From Paramoeba atlantica (taxonomy: Eukaryota; Protista; Discosea): a stretch of 64,000 nucleotides of DNA. A program made the position numbers and the translations under genes. Positions 12,247-24,283 of this stretch are shown here, piece after piece. Positions within the stretch are counted from its first letter, which is position 1. Each line of letters opens with the position of its first letter. The stretch covers positions 386,021-450,020 of the forward strand of contig CDRNVI010000140.1 of NCBI GenBank assembly GCA_977017575.1, in the 5' to 3' direction. Below the pieces are notes generated by a model. That model ran no database searches. It was not told where the DNA came from and saw only the letters and a list, made by a program, of their open reading frames with translations.

Positions 12247-12646
12247 GACATTTTTTTCATTTCATTCCGAACGCACCAATTCATCTCTGGTATTTATTGT
12301 TGGTGGAACGACATTTTTGTGTTGTGAGAAGATAGAAAACCAGGAATGTAAAAATACAAAAAAGAAGAAAAGAAGAAGACTGTGAATAGGTTTCTCACTC
12401 TCCAAAAGAAGAATTATGTTGTATAATATGAATAAATAATCTCCTCCAAAAAGAAACAAATGACAATCACAACACAAAACATCATTTGGGAGACTCGGAG
12501 TTTGTGTGTCTGTTGGGAATTTTCGTTGAATGGTGGTTCTCTTCACCCCATCTTTTTGTTGATTGTGAAAAATTGAAGAAAGGAATTTCAGTTGAATGAA
12601 ATCGGCTGAAGGGCTCAAAAAAAATTGACCCCACACCCCCCTCTTT

Positions 12647-13305
12647 TCACATATTTTCTGAGAGTCCATTGTATTCGCGAACCATTCTCTTTTGTAAAAA
12701 ATTCCAATTATCAATCTTTTTCTTTTCATTTTCAAAAACAAAAGGAATTTAAATAAAACCTTCATGTTGTTGACAAACTCTTCTGAGTCCTCAGGAGAGA
12801 TGAGGAGATCGCATCCTTCTCTCTCAATCAAAACAACATCATCCAGTGCAGTCGCAAATTTCATTCGACATTTGCATTGGGGGTTCTATTAAGAAAGAAA
12901 AAAACATAATTGAACCAAAAATGAAGAAAAGAAAAAAGAGAAAAACTTGAAAGTTGGAGTTCTACAAACCACTTCACCAATCGAAATCGGACGCACATCC
13001 AAAACAGAATCAAATCCGAACGAAAACGAAACAGGCCAACCAGCTTGAATAACTAATTTCCCATCTCCCAAGAAGTAATTTTGGGGCATAATACACCATA
13101 AAAAGAGAATTGTGATACACAAACTTAGGATCAAACTCAAACTAACTTCGATTTTCAAATTGACAAACGTGAAGTAAACCCACAAACCAAAGAGCAAAAC
13201 GGGTCCAAACCCAATCAATATTTTCGAGATCGGATCATACTTTGGATCATAATTCTTTTCTTCACTTAAACCACCCTCATTATCAGTTAATTCCTTTTGG
13301 ACCAT
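12647..13305 (-). CDS. Two-TM membrane protein with a bacterial-PH-like (bPH_4-type) domain, paralogue A
   Basis: KYD..TM-TM..PQNY.L....L.I.AGWP...LLISPEDSEEFVNNM; two introns; last exon RMVREYNGLSENM*. Confidence 0.7.
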
Positions 13306-13530
13306 CGAAAAAGAATGATTGTCCAAAAAATTGTTCACTTCTCTTCGAAAAGGATTCCGAACAACAAAAAAAAACGAAAAAACAGAAAAATTAGTATTTT
13401 CTTTATTTAGGTAAAAAAGATGTTTGTTAACAACCTTATATGGTAAAGAAATGTTCAAGACAAATTTTTCCACTCTTTTTCGTTTTCGTTGTGAGAAAAG
13501 AGGGAGAAAAGAGAAGAGAGAGAGAGAGAG

Positions 13531-14131
13531 ATGGTCTTTGACGAAGCTTCGAGGCAGAGGCTTGTTTATCCTGCAAAATATGATTTGGTAACTTATATTC
13601 TGGTTGGGATATCGCCTGCAATACTCTTGGGATTGATGGTATTTTATTTGTGGATTGGGGCGTATCTTGCAACTGGGATTATGATAGGAAGTTTTTTGTT
13701 TGTTTCTCTTCTTCTTTGGTGTTGTTTGCCTCAGAGCTATCATCTTGATGAAGAGGACTTAGTTATTCGAGTTGGTTGGCCAGTGCGATACAAATTTGCG
13801 TTTGGATCTATTCTGGATGTCCGTTCGAGTGACTATGGTGAAGTATGAAGTTGATTTTCAGTTTTTCATCTTTTTCTCTTTTTTGACTTTTTTTTTTTTA
13901 TTCGATACAAGAATGCATGCAAATGTCGAGTGAAATTTGTGACTTCATTTGGTGATGTTGTTTTGATTGAGAGGGATGGTTGGGATCTCCTTATTTCTCC
14001 TCAAGACCCTCAACAGTTTATTGCTGACATGAATGTTTCTTTTTCTTTTTTGTTTCTTGTTTTTGAAAGAAGTTAACATTTTTTTTTGAATGCAGAGAAT
14101 GGTGAGGCAATACAATCGAGGGGAGGTGTGA
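13531..14131 (+). CDS. Two-TM bacterial-PH-like protein, paralogue B
   Basis: Same motifs and the same two intron positions as paralogue A; last exon RMVRQYNRGEV*. Confidence 0.7.
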
Positions 14132-14445
14132 AAAAATGCCACACACACAAAAAGACCATTTAATACTCAAAAAACAAAGATGTGTTTCTTTTCTTTCCCC
14201 AAACCAAAAGTCAAACAAAAGAATTCTTAGAAATTTTTTATTCATTTTGAAGATGTGTTGGTGTTCTTTTAATCACCAGAGGCCATATTGGTCAAACAAT
14301 TTCATCATTCGATTTACAACTCAATCGAAAAGATTTCAGACAATCTCATTTTTCTTCGTTAATTTTTGTTCTCTCTCTCTTCCGTTTCTTTTTGTGAAAA
14401 ACCGCTTGGCTTCGATTCTCCTCTCCCCCTCCTCGCCTCTGGAGA

Positions 14446-15469
14446 ATGGCGATGAAGCCAATCACAAGTGGCTCTTGGGAAACGACAAGACCAACCTTCA
14501 TGCTCTATTCTGTTCTGATTTTTGTTTTTTTGTTGATTACCATTCTTCTGTTCGACTTTTTGGTCATGTTATCCTTCCTTCCTGTTTGGGGTTTGGTCAT
14601 GGCTCTGGCATTCGAGGCTGATCGAAGGAGATCCATGAAGATTCAAAAGAGAATCAACAAGAATGAAGGAGGAGATGAAAGTATTGTTGCTGTGGCAAAA
14701 TATGGTGAGGTTGAAGAGCTGTTATCGTTTCTATGGCAAAATATGAATGGGATATCTCACAGCTTTTTTCCTGCAATCCCAATACTTGTCTTCTGGATGA
14801 TTATCTTTTCCACATTGGTTGTAACTCAAACAATGAGTTTCTCGTACACTCCCTTCATCTTCCTTTTCATTCTTCTTTTTTTTATCTCCCGGGAGTCTCA
14901 TCTTGTCATCGCTTTTCTCCAATTCAATGAGAAGGGTTCAAGACCAGAAGAGAAGGTTGTTCATGCAGCAAACTACGACTTTCTGATGATCTTGATCATT
15001 GGAATTGGGCCTGTAGTTCTTTTGGTCTCAGTTGTGTTCTTTTTATGGAGAGGGGGAAATGATGCTCTCACTTTCACTTACATCTTGGTTGGGAGTTTAT
15101 TTCTTGTTGCCCTTTTTTTTTGGGTTTATTTACCTCAAACATTCGAATTGGAAGAGAAGAACTTTGCAATTTGCTCTGGTTGGCCAATGAGATACAAATT
15201 TGAATTTGATTCTGTTTTGGATGTTCGTCCTGTTGATAAATACGAATGCGAGTGTTATCTCAAACTTGCGACTGCATTCAATGATATCATTTTGATCAAA
15301 ACGAAATATTGCAATATCCTAATTTCTCCTCAAAACTCACATCAGTTTATCGAAGACATGAAGGTTTTTCCCTTTTCTTCCCTTTGTGAATTTAGAAAGA
15401 TTGACAAGTTCTTTTTTTCAGAAAAAGATGCAAGTGAAGTTTTTTTACAAAAAGAAAGAGAGCATTTGA
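14446..15469 (+). CDS. Multi-TM bacterial-PH-like protein, paralogue C, with an extended N-terminus
   Basis: C-terminal half NYD..LPQTF..SGWPMRYKF..ILISPQNSHQFIEDMK; about 165 extra hydrophobic residues; one intron near the 3' end. Confidence 0.65.
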
Positions 15470-15583
15470 GAGTAAAGTTTTTTTTCGGTGGGTTCGCAAA
15501 AGTGATTCTTCGTTCCAAAAGATAAAGAAAAAGATATTTGATTTCGTTTTTATTATTTTTTTATGTGTGATATGGGGGAAGAA

Positions 15584-17579
15584 TTAATCAAAACGAGCTT
15601 GCCAGACCACAATATGATAAGGCTGATCAACTCCTTGGGTTGCGAGAATAGAGCCATAAACACCAATCTTAACCTCAGCAGATTCGTCAACATGCGCAAC
15701 AATTCGGTGGATGTTTGTGTTCGTTTCGGTTTCGGAAAGATCGAATGTTGAGAGGGTGGGGTGGTCACCTTGGGATTGGAAGAGCCAGACGTTTCCAATT
15801 GAAATATCCTCTCTGTAAAAGAAAAGTTTTTTTGAGTTTGACGATTTTTAATTGTCTTGTACACATTGAAAGGGTGGGGAGAAAAAGAGGAAAGATAATA
15901 AAAAAAAAGGGTGAAAAAAGAAAAAGTAAAAAAGAATCACTTACTTGAGGGCGATGGTAATACGAGTTCCAGGGACTGCCTGAAAACGATAGTAATTCCA
16001 TTGACCATTTTGAACCACACCAGAGTGTTCTACCCCATTCTCCATGACCACACTCTTTAAACTACAGTCTTCACTAGTCCAGTCATCTTTACAAAGGCAG
16101 TGTCCAGCAATACAGGTTCCATGATTCTCATCAGTACAGTCATTCGGACATCTGAGGGTAATGCTCCCGCTCAGTTCGTACGAACAATCTTTGTATCCAA
16201 AAATACCAACGTGCCTGACATAATCATTTTGAGAAAAAAGAGAAAAAAGCTTTCAAAAGAAGAAATAAAGGGGAAGAAAGAGAAAAAGAAAAAGAAAAAG
16301 AAAAAGGAAATAAAAGAGAAAAGGAAGATTTTAAAATTATAAAAAACAGAAACACAAACCATTGAGCCAACCCAGGATTTTGGATGGTAAGACTAATATT
16401 ATCACGAAAACTAATATCTCGATAATCGAATCTCGATTTAGTAGGTTCCTCATCGCCTTGTCGAACATACAAATCACAATCGGCTTGATCGTTCAACTGA
16501 CGAAGACTGAGTTCGATATTATTGGTTGTATAAGTTCCAAACGCAAAAAAGTTCCAAATATTGCCACCCACATATCCAGAGTATTTTGTTCCATCAAGGG
16601 CGATTTCAGCCACTCGTCGTTCGCAAATCTCGCCACTGTAACCAGGTTGACAGACACAATCAAAAGTATCACTACAAGCACCATGCGCCTCTCCAGAACA
16701 TTGATTGGGACACTCAGAATGTGCTTCAAAAGAAATTGAATAATCAGCTGAGTCAGTAAACCCAAACACACCAATATAATAAGTTCCAACAATTGCTCCA
16801 GAAAGTCTCAAAGTGGAGTGAGAAGATGTGGTGGTATCTCTGGCATCGAAATTTGTCATAGAAGGAATAGACCCAAACTTGACGTAAAGATCAGCATCTT
16901 GGTCTTCCCCCTCTGTGTCCAGCGTGATATTGACTGTGTTTTCGGAGTTTTCAAAAGAATAGTACTTCCATTTTCTCTTACCAACATGACCATTCACTGG
17001 ATTATTTGGTGTGAGAGAAATAACAGCTTGACTACAATCTTCTCCGACAAATCCTGTTCGACAAGTACACACTCCATCGAAACTACAGCTCCCATGTCCA
17101 GAACAATCATTGGGACAAGCGGTTTTCAAAGTGGCCATCACTGTGAAATCAGAACCCAAAAACCCATAGACTCCCACATAATAAACTCCTTCAGGTGATT
17201 GAATCTCAAATTTCATTCTCTTACTTGTTGAAATATCTCTCATATCGTATTCTTGTCGACTGGGGTACTTGTCCAAACGAACATAGGCATCGATATCTCC
17301 TCCAGATCCAGTTTGGTTCACTTCAAATTCAATACTCGATTGTTGAGATCGACCAAAGAAATGAAAGAATTTCCATTGACGAGTTTCAACTCGAGAGTCG
17401 ACAGGAACATGGTTGGCCAACCCAATATCTGAAATCGAACAATCATCTCCAGACCATCCCGCCATACACTGACAAACGTCAGCAGGAGAACAGTCTCCGT
17501 TTGGTGGGGAACAATTGTTTGGGCAGTAAGCATTGATTGAAGCAATTGCCACAATCAAAAAAAGAATTAAACTCTTCAT
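15584..17579 (-). CDS. Secreted protein of four alternating EGF-like and PPC (pre-peptidase C-terminal)-like domains
   Basis: Signal MKSLILFLIVAIASINA; CPNxCS.HG.C...C.C..G..G.DCS four times; PPC motifs DADLYVKFGSIP and GxYYVGVYGF; two introns; no TM segment. Confidence 0.8.
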
Positions 17580-18024
17580 CTTTTCTCTCTCTCTCTCTCT
17601 TTGTTGGAGCACCAAAAAGAAAAAAAAAAAAAGAGGGGAGAGAAGACAAAGAAAAGAGACAGAAAAAGCGTTCGACACGCAACTAAATTAGATCCCCAAA
17701 TTTAGAGTTGTGTTTCTATTTTTTAGACTCTTTTTTTGATTCAACGAAGCATTTGAAAACGTGTCAAAAACAATCTCAAATAATTGACTTTCAAATCTAA
17801 ATGAAGTACTTTTATAATTTTTTAATTTGTATTTTACTGTATCAATAATTACAAAAAGGATCATGTTACTTTACGTTTTTGATTTGTTGTTTTTCTGTGA
17901 ACCAATCCCGCTCATGGAAACTTCGGTGAACTTGTTTTGGTTTTCTTTTTTTTTGTTTTTGTTGTTTGTTGTTTGTTTTTTGCAGAAACAAGTTTGTTGA
18001 CAGTAATATCTGAAGGGTTGAACA

Positions 18025-21000
18025 ATGGCACATACAGCACATACTGATCCAGAGAGAATGAAGGAGCGTTATGATGATGAAGTGGTACCGAATTTTTTTT
18101 AACAAAAAACCAAAAGAGAAAAAAACTTCTAAACACACAAAAAAAAACCTTCTTCTCTTTCAGAAACTATCCAAAAAGTTAGACAAACTTGCATCACTTG
18201 TCAAATCATCCAAACACATGGTAATTTTCACAGGAGCCGGGATTTCTACAGACGCTGGGATCCCAGATTTTCGAGGTCCTGATGGTGTTTGGACTTTGAG
18301 AGCGCAAGGAAAACAAAGAAAGGGCAGAACTGTTGATACTTTGTGTGCGATTCCTACTGCTACTCATATGTAATGAGTTTTTCTTTTTTTCTTTTTTCTT
18401 TTTTTTTTTTTTGGTTTGTTGTGGGGATGTGGTGCTTGTTTTGAACTTTAGATCGCTGTGGAGCTGGATGGGACAAAGAAGAAATATTATTTATTAGATT
18501 TTTTTTTTCTAAATTCATGATTTATTTTAGGTCGATTGTCTCACTTCAAAGGGCTGGAGTTTGTAAATATTTGATTTCACAAAACTGCGATGGTCTTCAT
18601 CGTCGTTCGGGAATTCTTCCTCATCAGGTTTTGTTTTCTCTTTTTTTGTAGAGAAAGAGAACCATTTTTTGAAAGAAGATCGAATAAAAATCAAAGTTCA
18701 TTCTAAAAAATGAAAGGATCTTTCACTAATCTCCAAAAAAACCAAACACAAAAAAACCAAAACACAAAAAAAAACCAAAACAAAAAAAAAAAAACCAAAA
18801 CACAGATCAGTGAATTGCATGGAAATGGAAACATCGAATATTGCGAGGATTGTGGATATGAGTATCTTCGTGATTACCATTGTTATCGTTTGGTTCGTGG
18901 TTCTCGTGATCATTATACTGGTCGTCATTGTGTTGTTCCTCGTCCTGATGGGGTATTCTTTTTTTCTTTTTCTTTTTCTTTTTCTTTTTCTTTTTCTTTT
19001 TTTTTTTTCTTTTCTTTTCTTTTAACATGCTCAAAATGAACTTTTTGTTTTTCTTTATGACTTTATGACTTTATATCTCATATCTTTTTCTCTCCCTTTC
19101 AGAAAACATGTAATGGTCGATTGTTAAACTCAACAATCGATTTTGGACAAAATTTACCTGAACGACCTCTTGATTTAGCTTATGAAAACTCTCAGAAAGC
19201 TGATCTTCATATTGTTCTTGGCAGTTCTTTAACAGGTTAGTTTTTTTTTTTCCTCTCCTTTTCCTTTTTCTTTCCCTTTTTCTTTTCCTTTTTCTTTTTC
19301 TTTTAGTTGGCATTTTTTTTTTTGGAATTCTTGTTTTATTCACAATTTCGATTTGCAGTTTCTCCTGCTTGTGATATGCCAAGGACTACTGCTCGAACTC
19401 AAGGAAAATTGGTTATTTGTAACTTACAAACAACTCCTTTGGAAGATGATTGTTATCTTCATTTGTATGCTCGTTGTGATATTGTGATGAAGGGGTTGAT
19501 GGAGAGACTGGGATTGATTATTCCTCCTTTTACTTTGAATCGAACGATTTCGATGGCTATCTCTCATAAAAAAAGGTTTTTTTTTCTTTTTTTTTAGTTT
19601 TTTCTGTGTTTCTTTTTTCATTCTTCATTTACACTTTTATGAAATAGGGATGAAGTTCAAGTAACTCTCAAAGGAATCGAGAGAGGAACAAAAGGGCAAC
19701 AAATCCCAGCCTCCATTTTACAAAAAGTGGAAATGGTTGTCCCAGTTCCAGGGCAACAAAACAAAAGAGAAGGATTCGTGAAAACTTCAGACCCTGCTAT
19801 TTTCAGTCTTCCTTCAAAAGGTGTAAAGGAAGCGAAATTTCGTTTTTATTTTATGGGACATTATTGTGAACCAACGATCGATTTGAAAGTCAATTTAGAG
19901 AAAGATGTTTCGACATATTTTTGGCTTTCTTTGAATCCAAAAGAAGGAAAATGGAATGTTCCTTCAATTTTGAGTGATTCTGAATCTTCTTCTCAAAATA
20001 CTCGAAAGATTTTGACCACTTTTCAGAGAGGATTGGAGTGTTCGCAAGGTGCAAAACCGAGGAAGGAAGAGAGGAAAGAAGAAGAAGAGGATGGTGTTAT
20101 TTTTCCGGTGAAGAATGAGGATATTTTTGGGGAAGAATGTTACAAGGAATCAGAATTTGGTTCTCTTTTTGGGGTTCCTGTTCCTCGAGTGTCTCCAGTT
20201 TTCACTTCTTCTTCCTCTTCTCCTTCCTCTTCCTCTTCCTCTTCTTCTTCTTCTTCCTCTTCCTCTTCCTCTTCCTCTTCCTCTTCTTCTGCTCGAGCGA
20301 GGGCGAGTTGCCACTCGTTGGGAAAAGCGGGTGGTGAATTGAATATTTTTGAACCAAACCGCGTTTGTTGTTTTGATCTTCTGTCTTGTCTTTGGAGTTC
20401 TCATGGTAATTAATTGGATATTTTTTAATTTTTTTTTAAAAATCTTTTTGTGTTTTTCTTTTCTTTTTTTTCTTGATAATCTCTCTAACCAAATTCAGAA
20501 TAGAACTCGGAAAATCCATTGCAGAACACCCAACCTCTTTCGCATTCCCAAACGATCTCAGTGGTTCAATCTACCTCTTTGGAGGAATCCAAGAAAACAA
20601 AATGACAAATACCCTCCAACATTACGATCCCATGTCGAAGAAATTATCTCGTGTTGCAGTGACAGGGGATATTCCTTCTCCACGAATTGGACATTCTTGT
20701 ACTCCAATTAATGACAAATTGATGGTTTTGTTTGGGGGTTTGGGTGTTGATGATCGTGGGGGTTCTTATCTTTTGAATGATTTGTATTGTTTTAATAAGG
20801 AGAAGTTTCTTTGGAAGAAGATTTCGCTCCAAACCAGTGGTTTTTTCTCTCTCTCTCTCTCTCTTTTCGTTGTTTTATTTCTTCTTTAACTAACGAATCA
20901 TATTTTCAAAAAGGAATTGCCCCTTCACCTCGGACCCAACATGGTGCCTTCAAAGTTGATCACAGAACCTTGTGTATTATTGGAGGTTACAATGGAGAGA

Positions 21001-21485
21001 AATGGCTTTCTGATGTTCGTCTTTTTGATCTTACTGACATGAAATGGCGAGATGACTCCCAACCTGATTTCTCTCCTCCCTGTTCTCCCTGTTCTCTTAC
21101 CTTTCCTTCTTCTTCTTCTCTGGTTGATGTTCTTTTGCCTGAACAAGAAAGAGGATATATGTTTGTATTGAAGCCGAAAGTATGTGGAGAGGGAGGTTAT
21201 GGAAAGGGGAGTGTTCACAATGCTCCTCATCTTGTTATGGTTGAGAAAATGAAAAAAGAAAGTGGGGAAGAAGAAGAAGAAGAAGGAGAGAAGAAGAAGA
21301 AAGGGAGCAGTGTTGTTTGGGGTTTGAATTTGAAGGAATGGTCTTGGATTAAGTTGGGGGATGTTGAGGGTCTTTCTTTGATTCGAGAGTGTGTTGGAGT
21401 TGGAGAGAGTAGTTTTGCTTTGGTTGGAGGTGAAGATGAGATTTGTTTGTTGGAGTTACAGATTCAGATTTCTCGAGAAAAATAA
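18025..21485 (+). CDS. Class IV (SIRT6/7-like) sirtuin with a C-terminal Kelch-repeat region
   Basis: [50 protein letters not shown]; splices in frame through FMGHYCEP into Kelch repeats ([30 protein letters not shown]). Confidence 0.8.
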
Positions 21486-21844
21486 AATTATCTTTTTCTT
21501 CATTTGTTCAAAAGGATTTTTCTGGCTGAAGCCTTCCAAAAAGTTAAAAAAGAAAGAAACAAAGAAATTTTGATAAGAATAACTTATTCATTAAAATTCC
21601 ACAAATCAACAACGTATCATTTTGTTTCACAAAAGAAAAGAGAATTCAAAAAAAAATAAAGAAGCAGACATTCTTTTTTCTCTCTCTCTCCCAAAAAAGA
21701 GATCGAGAAAGAACACCACACGAAAATACTGTTTTTTGGTCCGCGCACCTCCCCTCCCCTCCCCAAAAGAAAAACAAAACGAAAAGAAAAAGAAAAACTC
21801 TCCTCCTCCTCCTCCCCCCCCTTTCTCCCAACAACGATATAAAA

Positions 21845-22732
21845 TTATCCTTGTGTCAACGCTTGTTTTCCAGCATAAGAAGGAACATGTTTCGGAACAT
21901 TCATCATACTTGTCCCTTGTTGAATAAGATGGTATCGAGATTGGTCGGTCGGTTTTTGCCAAGTTGATTTGCAATATTCATTACAAGTATGTTCAGCAAA
22001 AAATGTAGAAATTCCTTTGGGCCCCAAATCAGTTACCCCAAAACGTCCTTGTTGTCGAGAAAGAATAACAGGATCAGTTAAAACAACTCCATTTGAATAA
22101 ATACCCCCTTGTAAATCACAAAGAACAAGTTGACCACCACTGACATGGAAAGAAAAGTGGCTGAGAGCTTGCATAACTCGAGGCCAAGGAGTACTTTCAT
22201 CCGCCCAACCAGTATTTGAATTGAACTTTTGATAATTTCCAATGTACGGTTCGAGTAATGTCAATGAATGCGCTCGGTCTCTGGAACTCTCTGGAGTGAA
22301 TTGCCAAACTTCTGGGATGTTTAATCGAATTGGCTTATTCACAAATTGACTACGATTCCATTGTTCGATAATTCCAAGAGCTTCTCTCATCGCTTTGATG
22401 TCCACATCGTAAAAAGTCGATTCGTAGACAAATCCAGATTTAAACCATTTACACACACAACCTTCCCCTCGCCTTGATCCCTCTGTGTACATTCCTTTTG
22501 CGACATAACGAAACCCACCTTCAGCAAAAGGATTTCGAAGACTCTCACTTGAAAAATTGGCTCTTGTGGCATCATTTTTTCTTTCGGTTGGTCCATGATC
22601 TCTTTTCATCGAGCGTTGATTTTGATCCACACACGAAATGCAAGTCGAATTTTCCACAGATTTGCCCCACTGAGCTCGAGAGAAAGAGGTCGAGTCTAAG
22701 AACCGGGAACAAGCAGCACACCTTCTCTTCAT
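21845..22732 (-). CDS. Alpha-kinase (eEF2K/MHCK-like) with an N-terminal CxxC..CxxC zinc finger, intronless
   Basis: PFAEGGFRYVAKG, VCKWFK, EPYIGNYQKFNSNTG, QALSHFSFH..GQLVLCDLQG, LTDPVI, TDLG..GI..FF..HTCNEYC. Confidence 0.9.
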   Translation of the reverse strand: MKRRCAACSRFLDSTSFSRAQWGKSVENSTCISCVDQNQRSMKRDHGPTERKNDATRANFSSESLRNPFAEGGFRYVAKGMYTEGSRRGEGCVCKWFKSGFVYESTFYDVDIKAMREALGIIEQWNRSQFVNKPIRLNIPEVWQFTPESSRDRAHSLTLLEPYIGNYQKFNSNTGWADESTPWPRVMQALSHFSFHVSGGQLVLCDLQGGIYSNGVVLTDPVILSRQQGRFGVTDLGPKGISTFFAEHTCNEYCKSTWQKPTDQSRYHLIQQGTSMMNVPKHVPSYAGKQALTQG

Positions 22733-23005
22733 ATTGGAGCGGAGAACCAAAGAAGAAAAAAGGGGGAAGAAGAAGACGAAGGTGGTTGGTTGGTTGGTTG
22801 GGGGAGGTTTGTTGTTGTGAGCGAACGCAAAACAAAAAAGTGAAAAAAAAAAGGGCGTTTTTTGAAAAACGCTAAAAAAGAAGTCCGTTTGACATCCACG
22901 CTAAAAAAAAAGCCGCGCTAAAAAAAAGCCGCTCCCTCTTGCTTTGTTTTTGTGCTTGTTTGGAACAAAATTTTTTGTGCTTGAAAACTGGAGCCAAGTG
23001 AAAGA

Positions 23006-23354
23006 GGAAAACAATGACCGGCGAACTTTTGTGCCACTTGATATTGTGCGCGCCTCTCTGAGCGTCTTTGTAAAGAGTGACATCGATATATCCTGGCTGT
23101 GCAGGGACAAAAGCTGTGCTACATTGAGTCAAGACACACTCCCATCAAACGGAAAGTCGGGGTTTTTTTCGAACATAACACCAGAAGAAGGAATTTGAGA
23201 ACAATTCAAATCGTTGGGAGGAGTTGCGGTTGAAACCAATATAGTCGCCACTGCAGTCTTCATTCAGGTAGAAAAATAATTCATCAGGGGTCTTGCTGAG
23301 AAAGAGAGATAAAGGCGAGAGCTCCCAAAAGGAAACCAAGAAAAAGGTGCCATT
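23006..23354 (-). pseudogene. Degenerate copy 1 of the Cys-rich secreted protein family
   Basis: ATG changed to ATC, small deletions/frameshifts relative to copy 2, and the 3' third is missing. Confidence 0.7.
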
Positions 23355-23707
23355 GGATTGTTGTGATTGTTGTTGGGTTTGAGTGACGACGAGAAAAGAA
23401 TACTTTGGTTCCTCGGAAAGAACGGGAAACGCGCGGATTTTGGATGCGTTCCACCCAAAAATCTGCAGATAATTTTTGTTCACAGAAAATTCCTGAGAAT
23501 TCACCAATGAAAGGGTTGTTGTTGTTGATTGAACACAAAAAACAAAGAAGGGGCGTTTATTTGAGCGTCTTTTTCTCTGATTTCCTCTTTCTTTGTTTTT
23601 GCAATTGTTTTTTTGAGGGTTGAAGTGAAATTTCATTTTGAGAAACCAATTCAAAGAAAAATTTTACATGATTTTCTTTCTTAATCGTTTTTGGTTTCCC
23701 AAATATT

Positions 23708-24283
23708 TTATTCTTTGACACAGCCAGTCACAGAGGCATATCCGAGCCCTTCAATTTTTTCACAAATAAGAGGTTCAACAGACCACTCATACTGCAACGC
23801 ACAATATTTGCAGGTTTTGTTGCACACAATATTCAGAGCCACGCTCGTGTTTGTCGAACCACAAGACAGAGACCAATAAACACCATAACCAAGTGAAAGA
23901 GGAAAACAATGACTGGCGAACTTTTGTGCCACTTGATATTCTGCGCGCCTCTCTGAGCACTGAGCGTCTTTGTAAAGAGTGACATCGATATATCCTGGCT
24001 GTGCAGGGACAAAAGCTGTGCTACATTGAGTCAAGACACTCCCATCAAACGGAAAGTTGGGGTTTTGGTTTTCGGAACAGACACCAGAAGAAGGAATTTG
24101 AGAGCAATTCACTGAGTCCAAATCGTTGTAAGGAGTCGCAGTAAAACCAATATAGTCGCCACTGCAGTCTTCATTCAGATAGACATACTCATAGTAAAAC
24201 AATTCATCAGCAGGGGCTTGCTGAGAAAGAGAGATAAAGGCAAGAACTCCCAAAAGGAAACCAAGAAAAAGGTGCGATTGCAT
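23708..24283 (-). CDS. Small Cys-rich secreted protein, copy 2 (unknown family)
   Basis: Signal peptide MQSHLFLGFLLGVLAFISLS; 12 Cys; intronless. Confidence 0.75.
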   Translation of the reverse strand: MQSHLFLGFLLGVLAFISLSQQAPADELFYYEYVYLNEDCSGDYIGFTATPYNDLDSVNCSQIPSSGVCSENQNPNFPFDGSVLTQCSTAFVPAQPGYIDVTLYKDAQCSERRAEYQVAQKFASHCFPLSLGYGVYWSLSCGSTNTSVALNIVCNKTCKYCALQYEWSVEPLICEKIEGLGYASVTGCVKE

